This document shows positions 1 through 10,885 of a stretch of 47,639 nt of DNA, in pieces. Positions within the stretch are counted from its first letter, which is position 1, and every line of letters starts with the position of its first letter. Below the pieces are notes generated by a model. That model ran no database searches, had not been told where the DNA came from, and saw only the letters and a program-made list of their open reading frames with translations. Origin of the DNA: Sphaeroforma arctica JP610 (taxonomy: Eukaryota); NCBI RefSeq assembly GCF_001186125.1, contig NW_014040491.1, positions 1 through 47,639 on the forward strand, read 5' to 3'. A program made the position numbers and the translations under genes.

Positions 1-1862
1 GGAGGCCGTATTTCTACACCGGTGTTGACAAAATACTGTTACTATCGAATGTTCCATATATTCGCTTGCTGACCTACTAAGTAGAGTACCCGCCTCTGTG
101 GTACGGATCGGGTCTGCGCCGTGTAGTGCCGCGGAATGGGTTAGTGCAGAGTACGAAATACCGAGAAGGACCAGGTTATCCGTCATAATCCGGTCGAGAA
201 GCGAGTTTGGGGGTAAGCCAATGCCGCACCAGACCACGGATGAATTCGGTATGTGTTGGCTGGCCTGGATCGGAAGTATCATAGTCGGAACCAACAAGCG
301 CGATGATTTGGGTTGAATCCATATTTGAAGGTAGTATTTCAACAGCGTGATTAGCCGGGGTATGGGGAACATCTGTTGATGTGTCAGGGACGGGTGATGG
401 TACGGTGGTTCTTCAACATGATACAGAAAAGATCCAATTCAAACACTTATCTGTATGTGCTGCGTTGTCCATGTTGAGTACTTGTGGGCTGAAGAGCGTC
501 ATACTCATTGGTCCTAACATTGTTCGTCATCAGTCAATACTACTGGGCTCTCCTCTTTGACGATGTCAGCCATTTCTATATCATTGCCTGTCGTCGAAGA
601 GTTCGTCGTGGAAAGCTGAGGCTGCGTATTGCTATCCATCGTGTCGGATGATTGTGTCGGGGAGACCGTTGGTATATGAAGTCGTCTGGGTTCCGCACGC
701 GCTAATTCTTTAGCGTTTACCGGGATTCGCGGGTTAAGTGAGAAGAGGTTTGCATCATGCTTTGCTTGGTAAGTCTTTTGGAGACGGTCCGCGGTAGATT
801 GGAGGATGTCTGCGTTAGTGGAGTTGACAAGTGAGCTCTGTAGTGCATCCATGCTGCGGGCAAGAATTTTTGGCGCTCGTTCATGTGTGCAGCGGGCCTC
901 CCGCTTGGTGCGGAGATAGTGAATTAAAGCTGCTTTCGTTGCGTCAGGATGTTGTTGGGAGCGGGGGTCGATGTTTTCATCAAGCTGCCATTTCCACGTA
1001 AGGGCTGCATGTCGTTTCACCTGGGTGACAGAGTCGCTAGGAACACAAAGGCGGATGAAACTTGTGGAGCTTCGCGGCGATTTGGTTGAGATACCGATTT
1101 AAACGGAAAATACCAGAGAAAGTGGTGGCGATTGAGGGCTGGTTGGGCATGCCAGTATTTTTCTAATACTGATTGAGATGGGGGCTTGCCGTTAGGGAAA
1201 ATTGCTCTGAAGAAGAGCCATACCGAAGTTATGTCATCCATTTCATGAAGAGTTTTGTCTGACATTGGGCGGCCCACCACTTTCGTCAAAAGGTGTTCGG
1301 GTACTGGCGGCTGCGATTGGGACTGAGAAGCTGGTGGGGTCGGGCGTTTTTTAGGGCTCGGTTTTGCAGGTTTGCCCAATTTTGAGCGGTAGCTGGGAGG
1401 CTCACTGCTGCTATTGGGCGCCTGTGACCGCGGTCTTTTCGCAGGCGGAACAGGCGGGCTTGTGGAGCCAAATCGGAAAGTGTCGGGTGTGTCTTCATCT
1501 ATAGGTGCAAGGGTTTGGGATTTAAGGTCCCGAAGTTCGGATTCAAGGTTGGTTGTTTTTGCACAGAGGTTAGTGAGCATTTGGTGTATGGTTGATTTCC
1601 ATTGGTCATCAGTCAAAGGCTTCTTGGAGATGGGCCCATCATTGTTCGGGGTTGTTAGAGCCGGTCCCAAAATTTGATTGAGATTGGCCTGTAGAGTACT
1701 GACCTGGGCAGAGAGGTTTGTGATAGATTTTTGTGTGTCCAATTTCTATTGGTCATTGGGTAACGAGTCGTTGGGGACGAACGTCTCAATTGGGGGTTCG
1801 GCCTGGCCCGACATTTTTCGCGGATGTGGGACTGTGGGGCTGTGGGATCCCCAAACTCCCTA
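1..1862 (-). mobile_element. Unclassified decayed transposable-element segment (ORF1/gag-like frames), running off the window edge
   Basis: GC-richer, intronless block with a sharp composition change near 1860. ATG at 1814 reads MSGQAEPPIETFVPNDSLPNDQ*KLDTQKSI (in-frame TAG 1746-1748) into ORF 1017-1742 (coiled-coil then Pro/Ser/Lys-rich). ORF 514-1020 overlaps it in another frame, and further overlapping open frames continue to position 1. No diagnostic RT, integrase or recombinase motif lies within the window. Confidence 0.4.
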
Positions 1863-1865
1863 CTG

Positions 1866-3490
1866 GATATTAAATATTTATATATTTTGATTGAAAATCC
1901 AAATTTCAAGTCAACGTTTTGGTGGGGTCTGTGGGTTTTTTTTGAAAGTGGTATTCAGTTCTACACTGGGGAAAGAAATCATATGTCCAATACGTTTTAA
2001 AGATATACTATCTGTATGTGGTGTAAACTGTAATTGTAATATACTTTTGAAAGGCTGGGCCAGTAGTAGTAACATAATCTCCATGAATGTTGGTTGAGGT
2101 AGGTTATGTATACGTTTTGTAGGTTCTCAAATCATCAAGATCGAAACCTTTGCACAAAGAAAATTTATAAGGTTTGCCTTTTTTAAACCCTTGTTTACAA
2201 TGTGAGCAAAGAGTACTAAATTTTTATGTAAAAAAAATATATTATTACCATCTGCTGTATAAATACTGCTTAGAATATTTGCACGAAATTTATTTTGCTT
2301 TCTAGCACTGTTGCACATATAATCGTTCATATTACTATGGGTTTTGAACGAGTTTTCGCATGAACTCTGCAATTGGGTATACCCATATGAAGCAGAGATC
2401 TTACACTGCGCCTTTAAAGGATCCATATTATCAGTATAATTTGTACACAGTTCTTGATTAATTCCATCGTAATTGGTTTTGGTAAAAGGTTTTCTATTTC
2501 ATCTTCTAAAGGTGTCATTGGTATGTTACTCAAACAAGGTTGTGGTTTACATCTATTTCATAGTCATTTGTAGGTTGACCATCAATATATATTCCGTCAT
2601 CATTTTTCTATTATCTTGACGTCGGCCTTGGATTGTACGGATATTGCTCCGAGATTGACGGGGTGAACGAAGTGGTTCATTTGATGATGTATTAGCATGT
2701 GGTATATCTCTAGATGTATTTTACCGTGGCTCATTGGGGTATGTATTTTGTTCCGTATCATTTGGACATGTATGGTCTGGTGGTTGTGGTGGAACTAATC
2801 GTATATGTAGTCTTTGTCTATGATATGATTGTGTATTTGCATATTGTTCACCTTTTGAACATGTCACATGCAAGGGCATGCTGCCTTGTATTATAGTTTC
2901 TTTTCATCACAGTCACGCATTCCGGTAATCGTTTACGATATACGGTATGAGATTTCGAATCTTTATTCATCAATATTTGTGAATTGTTGAGTCGATTTGA
3001 CATGCATCTGGGGGATCAATTGTATGCGTGTGTGTGTTTTCACGCGTATGTTTACACACACGTATGTTAACACATACATGTGTGTACACTTACGCGTGTA
3101 CACATACACGAACAAGAGTAGGGGCTAAATGAAGGTTGACAGAACCATCTGGATTTCTGCAAAATAAAGTACGCAGAGCCATAAATGATTTAAATCTTTC
3201 GTTGTATTATAATTTATAGTACACAGATATTTGTAGATGAATAGTAGTTGATGTTTGACGGCAGATGATATTGGATGTTTTGTGTACGAAAATTTAGATC
3301 CAACATATGATATCGTTGGTATAAATACTATCATAATGTAGAATTCACTGGACATTGTATGATGTGCGTACGAATATTTACATCCAACTTTTGAAACGAT
3401 ATTGTCGTTTCCATAAATCATATGATAATGTGCGTTTGAATTAGTTTAAAATTGAGAGGGGGGGGGGGGGCGAGCCCCCCCAACCCCCAT
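1866..3490 (-). mobile_element. Degraded Helitron-family (Helitron2/Helentron-type) RepHel 5' remnant with DUF6570-like region
   Basis: Minus-strand translation across a frameshift (2212 to 1966) gives LCSHCKQGFKKGKPYKFSLCKGFDL...LPQPTFMEIMLLLLAQPFKSILQL...KRIGHMISFP. This matches the CxxC..KKGK.PKFS..NG.D / L..LT..E..L.A..P / GH.I.FP pattern upstream of Rep in Helitrons. Many stops and frameshifts. G7-CGAG-C7 hairpin at 3464-3481 near the presumed end. Outer boundaries are approximate. Confidence 0.6.
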
Positions 3491-5489
3491 GTTAAATGTA
3501 CTACCAATTGTTACCCAAGAAATTGGCCTTTTACATTTTTACCTAATTATTTACGTTTCATACGCATACACGCCTGCCAGACATAAAAATCCCGTGCGTA
3601 ACGGCTTCTGATTGGTTGAAATTGCTTATTTCGAAGGGGCCTTTTTATTAGAGTTTTCGTACCAAACGGGAATTTGGATAGGGGTCCTATTGAGTGCAGT
3701 TTCCAAAAAAAACTTTGTAGTTGATTTGTCCTAAATAAAAGCTATAACTTTTAAAAATCAAAAAGTAAACATTAAAGTTGGAACTTATACACCGTACCCC
3801 TATAACTTATTTAGCTTAGGTCAAGTCTCAAGACTCAAGAGTCAAGACTCAAATCAAAGGTCAACGACACAAAGAAATTTGTTTGAAAACAAAAAAAAAG
3901 CATAAGTTTTAAATATATTGAATATTGCGCACTGGTTTGTTTACTCAATAAATACACGTTACGCACAGTGGCGTTTTTATCCAACAATTTTTTTTCTCGT
4001 ATTCTGTATGCGCTCCTCAGTGTGACTGTGAAAGTAGGCCTCTACACAAAAGTATATACTCTTTATAGAGTACAGACTAAATACATATATACTCTACTTT
4101 CTACTCTTGAGTATTTTTTAAACTACTTTAAAACAAACCCTACATTTAAAACTGTAGCGTAGGCCGTAGAGGAATAATTTGTATGTGAATATACTCTATT
4201 TTTCTCTCTATGTATACGGAAACAGTAAACACCCTTTGAGTAAAAGTTTTCAGTGAACGGCCAAACAGCAATTGTCCAGTAACATGTATGTACAATTGTA
4301 CATAGCCTTGGACCACACTGTCCACAGCTTGAGAAGGCTACGAGCAGCTTGTTTTTGTTTGTTTTTAAAAAAAAAAGCAATATTGGTGGCCAGAAGGGGG
4401 GTTTTGGTGTTGTTGTTTTTTTCTTCAAAAGAACTATAATATTAAAATTAAAAACGCTCCAATAATTATATACAGTCAAATCTCTTTAACTGTCCAGGGT
4501 CCGTCCTGAGCCAAAGTGGACAATCAATGAGGTAGACAGGCTCTGGGGCAAGTAGTCCTGGTACACCCTCTATACGCTCAGGCGCTGATGATGACCTAAG
4601 CTCAAGCCGTTTCCAGTTTTTAAAAAAAGCTTTTATACTATGGCGATAAAAACAAAGCTCAGTTTTTATTACATATATGGTCCTCTGAATTTTCATGGAG
4701 GTGCTATTTCTAGGTCCACAGATTTGTCCCACATGCTCGCGGGGAATTTGACCTGCCAATAATTGGTGTAGTGGTCAAGTCTATTGGGCATGTAGTATTA
4801 CTTGCTTCTTCGTATGTTGGCATGATGTTTGTTCGTCACTGACAGCTAAGCGGCTTCAGGCATATATAGCTATAATTGTGTGGAATAGTGTTGTACTTGT
4901 GTATACTGTGTAGTCTGTAGGCTCAGCCTGCAGGTCTGCCGTAATTTGTATGTGTGTTTGTGTTTGTGTAAACTATAAACGCCACTGTTTGGTAATTGTA
5001 AAAGTTGTTGGGAAAATGTGCTATCAGTTGGAACTAGGAAATGCTTCATGACATTCAATGCTAGTTTATGATCGATCGAAACAGCTGCTATAGCCCATTT
5101 CATGAGTTTTAGGTACATATTCGAAGTGCAATATTGGGGGGTTCGTTGGTCCTATATTAGCGTTGAACCCGTTTAAAAAAAAAAGGTTTATACGACATGA
5201 TAATAAACATTAACGTTTAATTATAAATCAGTACACCCATAACGTATTGAGCTTGGCGCTGACCTGTTGAGCTATAACCTGTGGGACAGTATCAGAGCAA
5301 AACACTTCAGATACTTCGACTTGCTTAATTATATTTACTCATAGTCTTTCCAGGCTGTACTCCATCACAATATGTAAAATAAAGTAAAATAGTCCAAATA
5401 TATATATGGGGTCACCCCTATTGAAAAGTGGACATTTAAAGAGGTAGACAGTTATAGTGGTTTGACTGTACATATATGATTTTTTACCC

Positions 5490-5670
5490 CCTAGCAGGCA
5501 GGCAGCCTGCAATCATAATGAGTGCCAGGCTGCCTGCCAGGCTGCCAGGCCTAGTGCCAAGCCCAGCGGGCCCCAGCCTGCCAAAGTGCCAAGTGCCAGC
5601 CCAGAGAGAAGGCCCGGGGCACCCGGCCTATAGCCCAAAGGCCCCAACTCTCAAGCCTCAGCCCCCGAGA
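5490..5670. repeat. GC-rich low-complexity tract of GCCAG/GCCAGG stutters
   Basis: Repeated gccaggc, gtgccaag and gcccag words. Confidence 0.7.
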
Positions 5671-5789
5671 GGCAGCAATACTATACGCGTGAATATAAAC
5701 TGATAGTGGATCGTGAATTCGATATTCCATAGCCTTCTAAAATATAAAATATAAATTGAACATTCGCGGTGGGGTCGGTGATTGATTAA

Positions 5790-6095
5790 TTGTATGACAG
5801 ATCAGTGATGAGTGATTGACTGATTGACTGTGTGACAGGGTGTGTGAGAGTTGAGAGTTGAGACTGTGAGTCTACATATGACTCTGTGACTTGTGAGACT
5901 GTGAGTCTGTGAGTCTGTGAGTCTGTGACTCTGTGACTGTGACTCTGTGAGACTGAGAGAGTGTGAGTCTGCAACTCTGAACAGTATTTATCCTCTGTGC
6001 GACTGTGAGTCTGTAACTCTGTACTGTATTTAACTCAGACTGTGAGTGATGAGTCTGTGAAGTGTGATTAGTGATGAGTGATGAGTGATGACTCT
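5790..6095. repeat. Degenerate micro/minisatellite (CTGTGAGT / CTGTGACT / GTGATGA units)
   Basis: Runs such as ctgtgagtctgtgagtctgtgagtctgtgactctgtgact and gtgatgagtgatgagtgatga. Confidence 0.85.
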
Positions 6096-6106
6096 GCGTT
6101 TTTTTA

Positions 6107-6331
6107 ATCAGTCAATCACAACCTCACAGGCCATAGCAGTGTCAGTTTGGTCACTACACAGGCCATACCAGTGTCCGTTTGTCACACTGTTCACTATTAA
6201 TTTGTCACACTGATCACTATTCTCGATCCGTGATATCAGTCAATCACAACCTCACAGGCCATAGCAGAGTCAGTTTGTCACACTGTTCACTATCAGTTCG
6301 TCACACTGATCACTATTCTCGATCAGTGATA
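6107..6331. repeat. Tandem duplication (~128 bp + ~97 bp copies)
   Basis: atcagtcaatcacaacctcacaggccatagcag begins at both 6107 and 6235. The first copy has an extra internal cacaggccata sub-repeat. Confidence 0.9.
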
Positions 6332-6957
6332 TAATGATATTGTCTGATTGTCATCTCTTAGCCAGGGGCCAGGGCCCAGGAGTCCAGGGCCCAGGTCGTT
6401 AAGTGTCCCTGACTCACAGTGTGAGCCGGTGAGGGGACTCTGATCAGTGATCACAGTGAACAGACACAGGGGGTGACAGACTTAAATGCTCGCACAGTTT
6501 AGCTCACAGCCTAAAAAGGTTTTTACCTGCATACCACCACGCGTGAAGTGTGAAACTGTGAACACTTTTGGGTATTTATTTTACATCTGTACGATTTTGT
6601 TTCTATTATTTTTATAAATTAATAAAAATCAGAAGGTTGAATGAGTTCAGAGTAGTAATCAACTGTTCATTCTATAAAACAATTTGACGACTGTCGCTTG
6701 TTCAAAATTGTTACAAATGTGTACACAACAGTACACATGAGATTTTCAGAGGGTACATACACATACATACACAGTCAACTGTTTCTGAGGCGTACAAGAA
6801 GTGCAGTGTTGCAAGCTAGCTGTTATAATACCTCGAATAGAAGATCTCTTCAAGTACAGAAGACTTAAAAAGGCCCTCTGTGGAACTATCAAAGCGAATC
6901 TCAAACCTCCGCCTGCGCAATTCACATACATATCTTTTTGTGATTAAAAGTGACATC

Positions 6958-8802
6958 ATGGCGACATCAAATCAAATAGAATCTGCTGTTGTAGCACAGC
7001 TAGCCCCACATATCCCGATGACCCAAAAGCTGGCTGTAGGAGCTTTGGCAGGGGTTGTTGGTACATGTTTTATATTCCCTGTCGATGTTGTCAAGACTCG
7101 TCTGCAAGCACAGAAGCCCGATGTCAAAACGGGAAAACTTCCGTACACTGGTATTGTTCATGCTTTCAAGACGATTGTGGGAAAAGAGGGTTTCCGAAGT
7201 CTCTACAAGGGTCTTACGAGTAATCTTATAGGGGTTATGCCCGAGAAGGCTATCAAGCTAAGTGTCAACGACGGTGTGAGGGAGTTGCTAACAGATCCAG
7301 TCACAGGTAAAATTAGTATAAGCAACCAAATCATTGCTGGGGCGTCTGCAGGGTTTTTTCAGGTCAGCGCAACCAATCCGATGGAGATAGTCAAGCTACG
7401 TATGCAGTTACAGAATATGAAACCGGTTGAACAACGACTGGGCACCATACAGGTGGTAAAGAATCTCGGAGTAAAAGGGCTGTATAAAGGTATGTGTTAG
7501 TCCAGGGAGTTCTTGTTGCGTGTGTTTGTTGCTGGTTTAGACGAGCGCGTTGTCCTGTCGTACACGTATGTATGCCAAAGTCAGGGACACTATTGATATG
7601 AAATCAGGAGGCAAGCTTGGATGCAATGAATTAAATATATTGTGAACGCCAGTGTCTGATGATTTTGAGTATACTGCCTTATATGGTAACCTTTATAATA
7701 CTTTTCAGTTATGGTATCGCCTATATTCATATGATATTCAGATATGATTGGTGATTTCGTCGAGATTTTCTGCCTAAAATATAGGCTATATGCTGTTGGT
7801 TTTATTCTCTTCATTCAATTTGAAGTATGGGGGTTTCAAACCGTGCACTTCGCGTCAGTGTTTCAGTGAAGGGGAAGAAGAGTGTTCAAGTGTATATAGG
7901 CACTTGTTTTGAAATTGGGATGAGCAACTTTATCTATTTTTCATCATTTATTGGTGTTTTTAAAATTTGTTCATATTTTCATGTGCTAACTCTTTGACGA
8001 TTCCACTATTTGAGTTTGAGTGCTTTGGGGTGTCACTTGGTGTTCTTGTTTAAACATAGGCTATCACTGTTTTCTATGTATGCCACTTGTCGTGGTTTCA
8101 GGAATATGGTGAAGCTTGTTGCTGTGTCGTGATCTCTATAGTTCTTGTATGTCGGATCATCATGAATGTACCTAGACTATAGAGTATGGAGTTGATGGCA
8201 ACCAGAGTTTGTATAAGGTACTACGATTTATCACAATGTCATTTACCAGCTCGCTCTAGAAATACTTTTGTTCAGTGCTCGCGCGGAAGCTTGATCTTTT
8301 GTCATGTCGGTACTGATATTTAAGCCGTCACACGCTATATAGAGATGCTTTCCATCTCACTTGACTAACAAGTATATGTTTCACACACGCGCCCGTTACT
8401 CTTTATGGTTTTTTCTACTATGTAGGCATACTCGTCACCTGGATGCGTGATGTGCCGTACTCGATAGTATTCTTCCCCCTATACGCCACACTCCGCGACA
8501 AGTTCGCCGATGAGAGAGGCGTAGCAGGGATCCCGCAAATTATTATGGCTGGTAACATAGCAGGTGCTGTAGCTGCATTCGCTTGTACTCCCGCCGATAC
8601 GATAAAAACACGTTTCCAGTCCGAAGGCTCTTCATATAAATCAATCGGAGATTGTTTTAAGCAAACTGTAAAGAATGAAGGGGTGAAGGCGCTGTTCAAA
8701 GGGTCGGTGCCACGAATGCTGGTTACGGGACCATTGTTTGGTGTAGCTTTATTGGCTTTCGAAATGCAGAAGAGATATATCACAGGTCAACCCTTGTTTT
8801 AA
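6958..8802 (+). CDS. Mitochondrial carrier, glutamate / aspartate-glutamate carrier subfamily (SLC25A22/A18-like, no EF-hand domain), 302 aa, 2 exons
   Basis: Exons 6958-7489 and 8426-8802, with a phase-1 intron (G|GTATGT...TGACTAAC...TGTAG|GC). Three Px[DE]xx[KR]x[KR] signatures: PVDVVKTR, PMEIVKLR, PADTIKTR. Subfamily motifs NLIGVMPEKAIKL and GLYKG..TWMRDVPYSIVFFP. Confidence 0.92.
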
Positions 8803-9020
8803 TTTATGACCAAAATCAATAAAATAGATTCTCTATGTTTGGGTTATCGCAAAGCAAAGACTGCTATATTAGTTGCTAATGCACTTTCTAATCCGAGATA
8901 CAAGTAAAAGACGGAGTGAGCGGATACAGATGCTGGTAACAGAAGAGGGTGAATTGTTTGGAATAACTCTATATATAGGTCAACAGGTCTTTCAGGTCAG
9001 TAGGTAGGCACTTTATATTG

Positions 9021-9640
9021 AGGCCGTCACACTTTGTATAGAGATGCTCTACATCTCTCGTGACTAACAAGCATATGTTTCCCACACGCGCTCGTATCTC
9101 TCTATGATTTTTCCTACAATGTAGGCATACTTGTCACGATGCGCGATGTGCCGTACTCGATAGTATTCTTCCCCCTTTACGCCACGCTCCGCGACGAGTT
9201 CGCCCATGAGAGAGGCGTAGCAGGAATCTTTCAATTATTATGGCTGGTAGCATAGCAGGTGATGTAGCTGTATTCGCATGTATGCTCCCGCCGATACGAT
9301 AAAAACACGCTTTCAGTCCGAAGGATCTTCGTATAAATCAATGAGATATTGTTTTAAGCAGTCTCTTACGAATGAGGGGGTGAAGGCGCTGCTCGAAGGG
9401 TCTTTGCCACGAATGCTAGTTTCCGGTCCATTTTTTTGATGTAGCTTTATTGGCGTTCGAAATGCAGAAACGATATATCACAGGTCAACCCTCGTTTTAG
9501 TATACGACTAAGGTCAATAAACTTGGTGCTCTATGTATGTGGTTATCGCGTGGTAAAGACTGCTTTACGAGCTGCCAATACACTTTCTATTACGGAATAC
9601 AAGTGGAAAACGGGGAAGAGCGGATACAGATACTGACAAC
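9021..9640 (+). pseudogene. Decayed tandem duplicate of the carrier gene's last exon with intron end and 3' UTR
   Basis: Aligns to 8322-8940 at ~700 bp offset. Retains branch site TGACTAAC and acceptor TGTAG|GC (9124/9125). Has a 3-nt deletion, a 1-nt deletion giving TAG at 9253-9255, and further indels. The original stop position is kept as TAG at 9498-9500. Confidence 0.9.
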
Positions 9641-9713
9641 CAAGATATAACTGCATGGTATTCAAAAGTGCTTTCTCGCCTGCTGTACTAGCGCTATTTC
9701 ACAGTGCTATATT

Positions 9714-9970
9714 AGGTTTAGTTTATCTGTTATTTCGAAAAGTGTTAATAGTAGATCTAGTGTACCTGTTATTTCACAAAGTGTAATAATAGATCTAGTG
9801 TACCTGTTATTTCACAAAGTGTAATAATAGATCTAGTGTACCTGTTATTGGACAAAGTGTGATAATAGATTTGATGTGCCTGTTATTTCACAAAGTGTAA
9901 CAGTAGTAGATCTAGTGATAATAATAGATCTATTGTACCTGTTTTTAAAAGTATGATAATAGTGTACCTG
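9714..9970. repeat. 38-bp minisatellite, ~6 copies
   Basis: Unit tagatctagtgtacctgttatttcacaaagtgtaataa starts at 9752, 9790, 9828 and 9866, with degenerate flanking copies. Confidence 0.92.
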
Positions 9971-10885
9971 TAGTCCTATACCGTCCTGTAGTAGGTTGGT
10001 GATCAAATACATTGACCACGTGAGTCATCACAAATTCTTGCATATTGCATAGCCTTCAGGGCTTCTTAAATGGAAACACATATTTACATATTGTGTAGTT
10101 GCACGTCCGTCGTCCAGCACAACCCACACAAGTCAGTATTTACTGTCCTGTTTTTTATAAACAGTATTTTTTTACATTGTTTTTATACATTAATTTTATT
10201 AAAAAATAATAATATTTAGCCTTCTGTCTCTATTTTTTAGAAGGTTATTTATTTAATTTATTATATTTTTTTCTATTATTCAAACTTTTAAAAACTCTCA
10301 ATATTATAAATACATAGTATACATCAAGTAAAAACTTTTGAATTATAAAGTATATATACACAAGTCACAAGTCACAAGTCACACAACACGTATTCTTTTT
10401 TTAAATACATAGTTTAATTTAGAAGGCTACGTAAATAGACGCATCATGATTGACCAATTTGTTTATAAAGTTTTTGTTTTGTTTTGTTTACATAAAAAAA
10501 GTAAAAACTCCTGTTGTTGCTTGAAATAACTCATTTCCAGTACAATTGCTTAGCACACTGTATTGATTAGGCGGCAACTTTTCATTGGCATTCAACTAAA
10601 CATTCATGGAGATCAAATCGATAAGAATTTTTTTAATGAACAAATTGTTTTACAGAGCCGCCGTTCGCGCTGTTTGGCATTGCGACATTTTGCACTTCCA
10701 CGGCTGATAAAGCATTGCGTATCTGTTTACTCTAGTAGAACGAAGGGTTACATGCTTGACGGCGGTAATATATCAACTTAAATCATCTCAAGGTAAAGTA
10801 CTACACTATATATAAATTTGTGGTAGCTTGCTTAGCTCAACTGCTGATGTGGGTTTCTATATAATATTCCATATTTCGTCTCTGC

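Noticed and set aside
4250..5120. Patchy coding-like minus-strand segments
   Set aside because: Could not be joined into a consistent spliced ORF or assigned to any family; may be a decayed gene or TE.
7828..7856. tRNA or SINE from a B-box-like GGTTTGAAACC on the minus strand
   Set aside because: No A box or cloverleaf could be built.
9714..9970. 38-bp repeats as a CRISPR array
   Set aside because: Units are contiguous with no unique spacers, no cas genes are present, and the context is eukaryotic.
5729..10429. tagccttctaaa / tttagaaggcta as terminal inverted repeats of a Pack-type transposon carrying the carrier gene
   Set aside because: Only ~12 bp match in AT-rich DNA, the word recurs elsewhere nearby, and no TSD was found.
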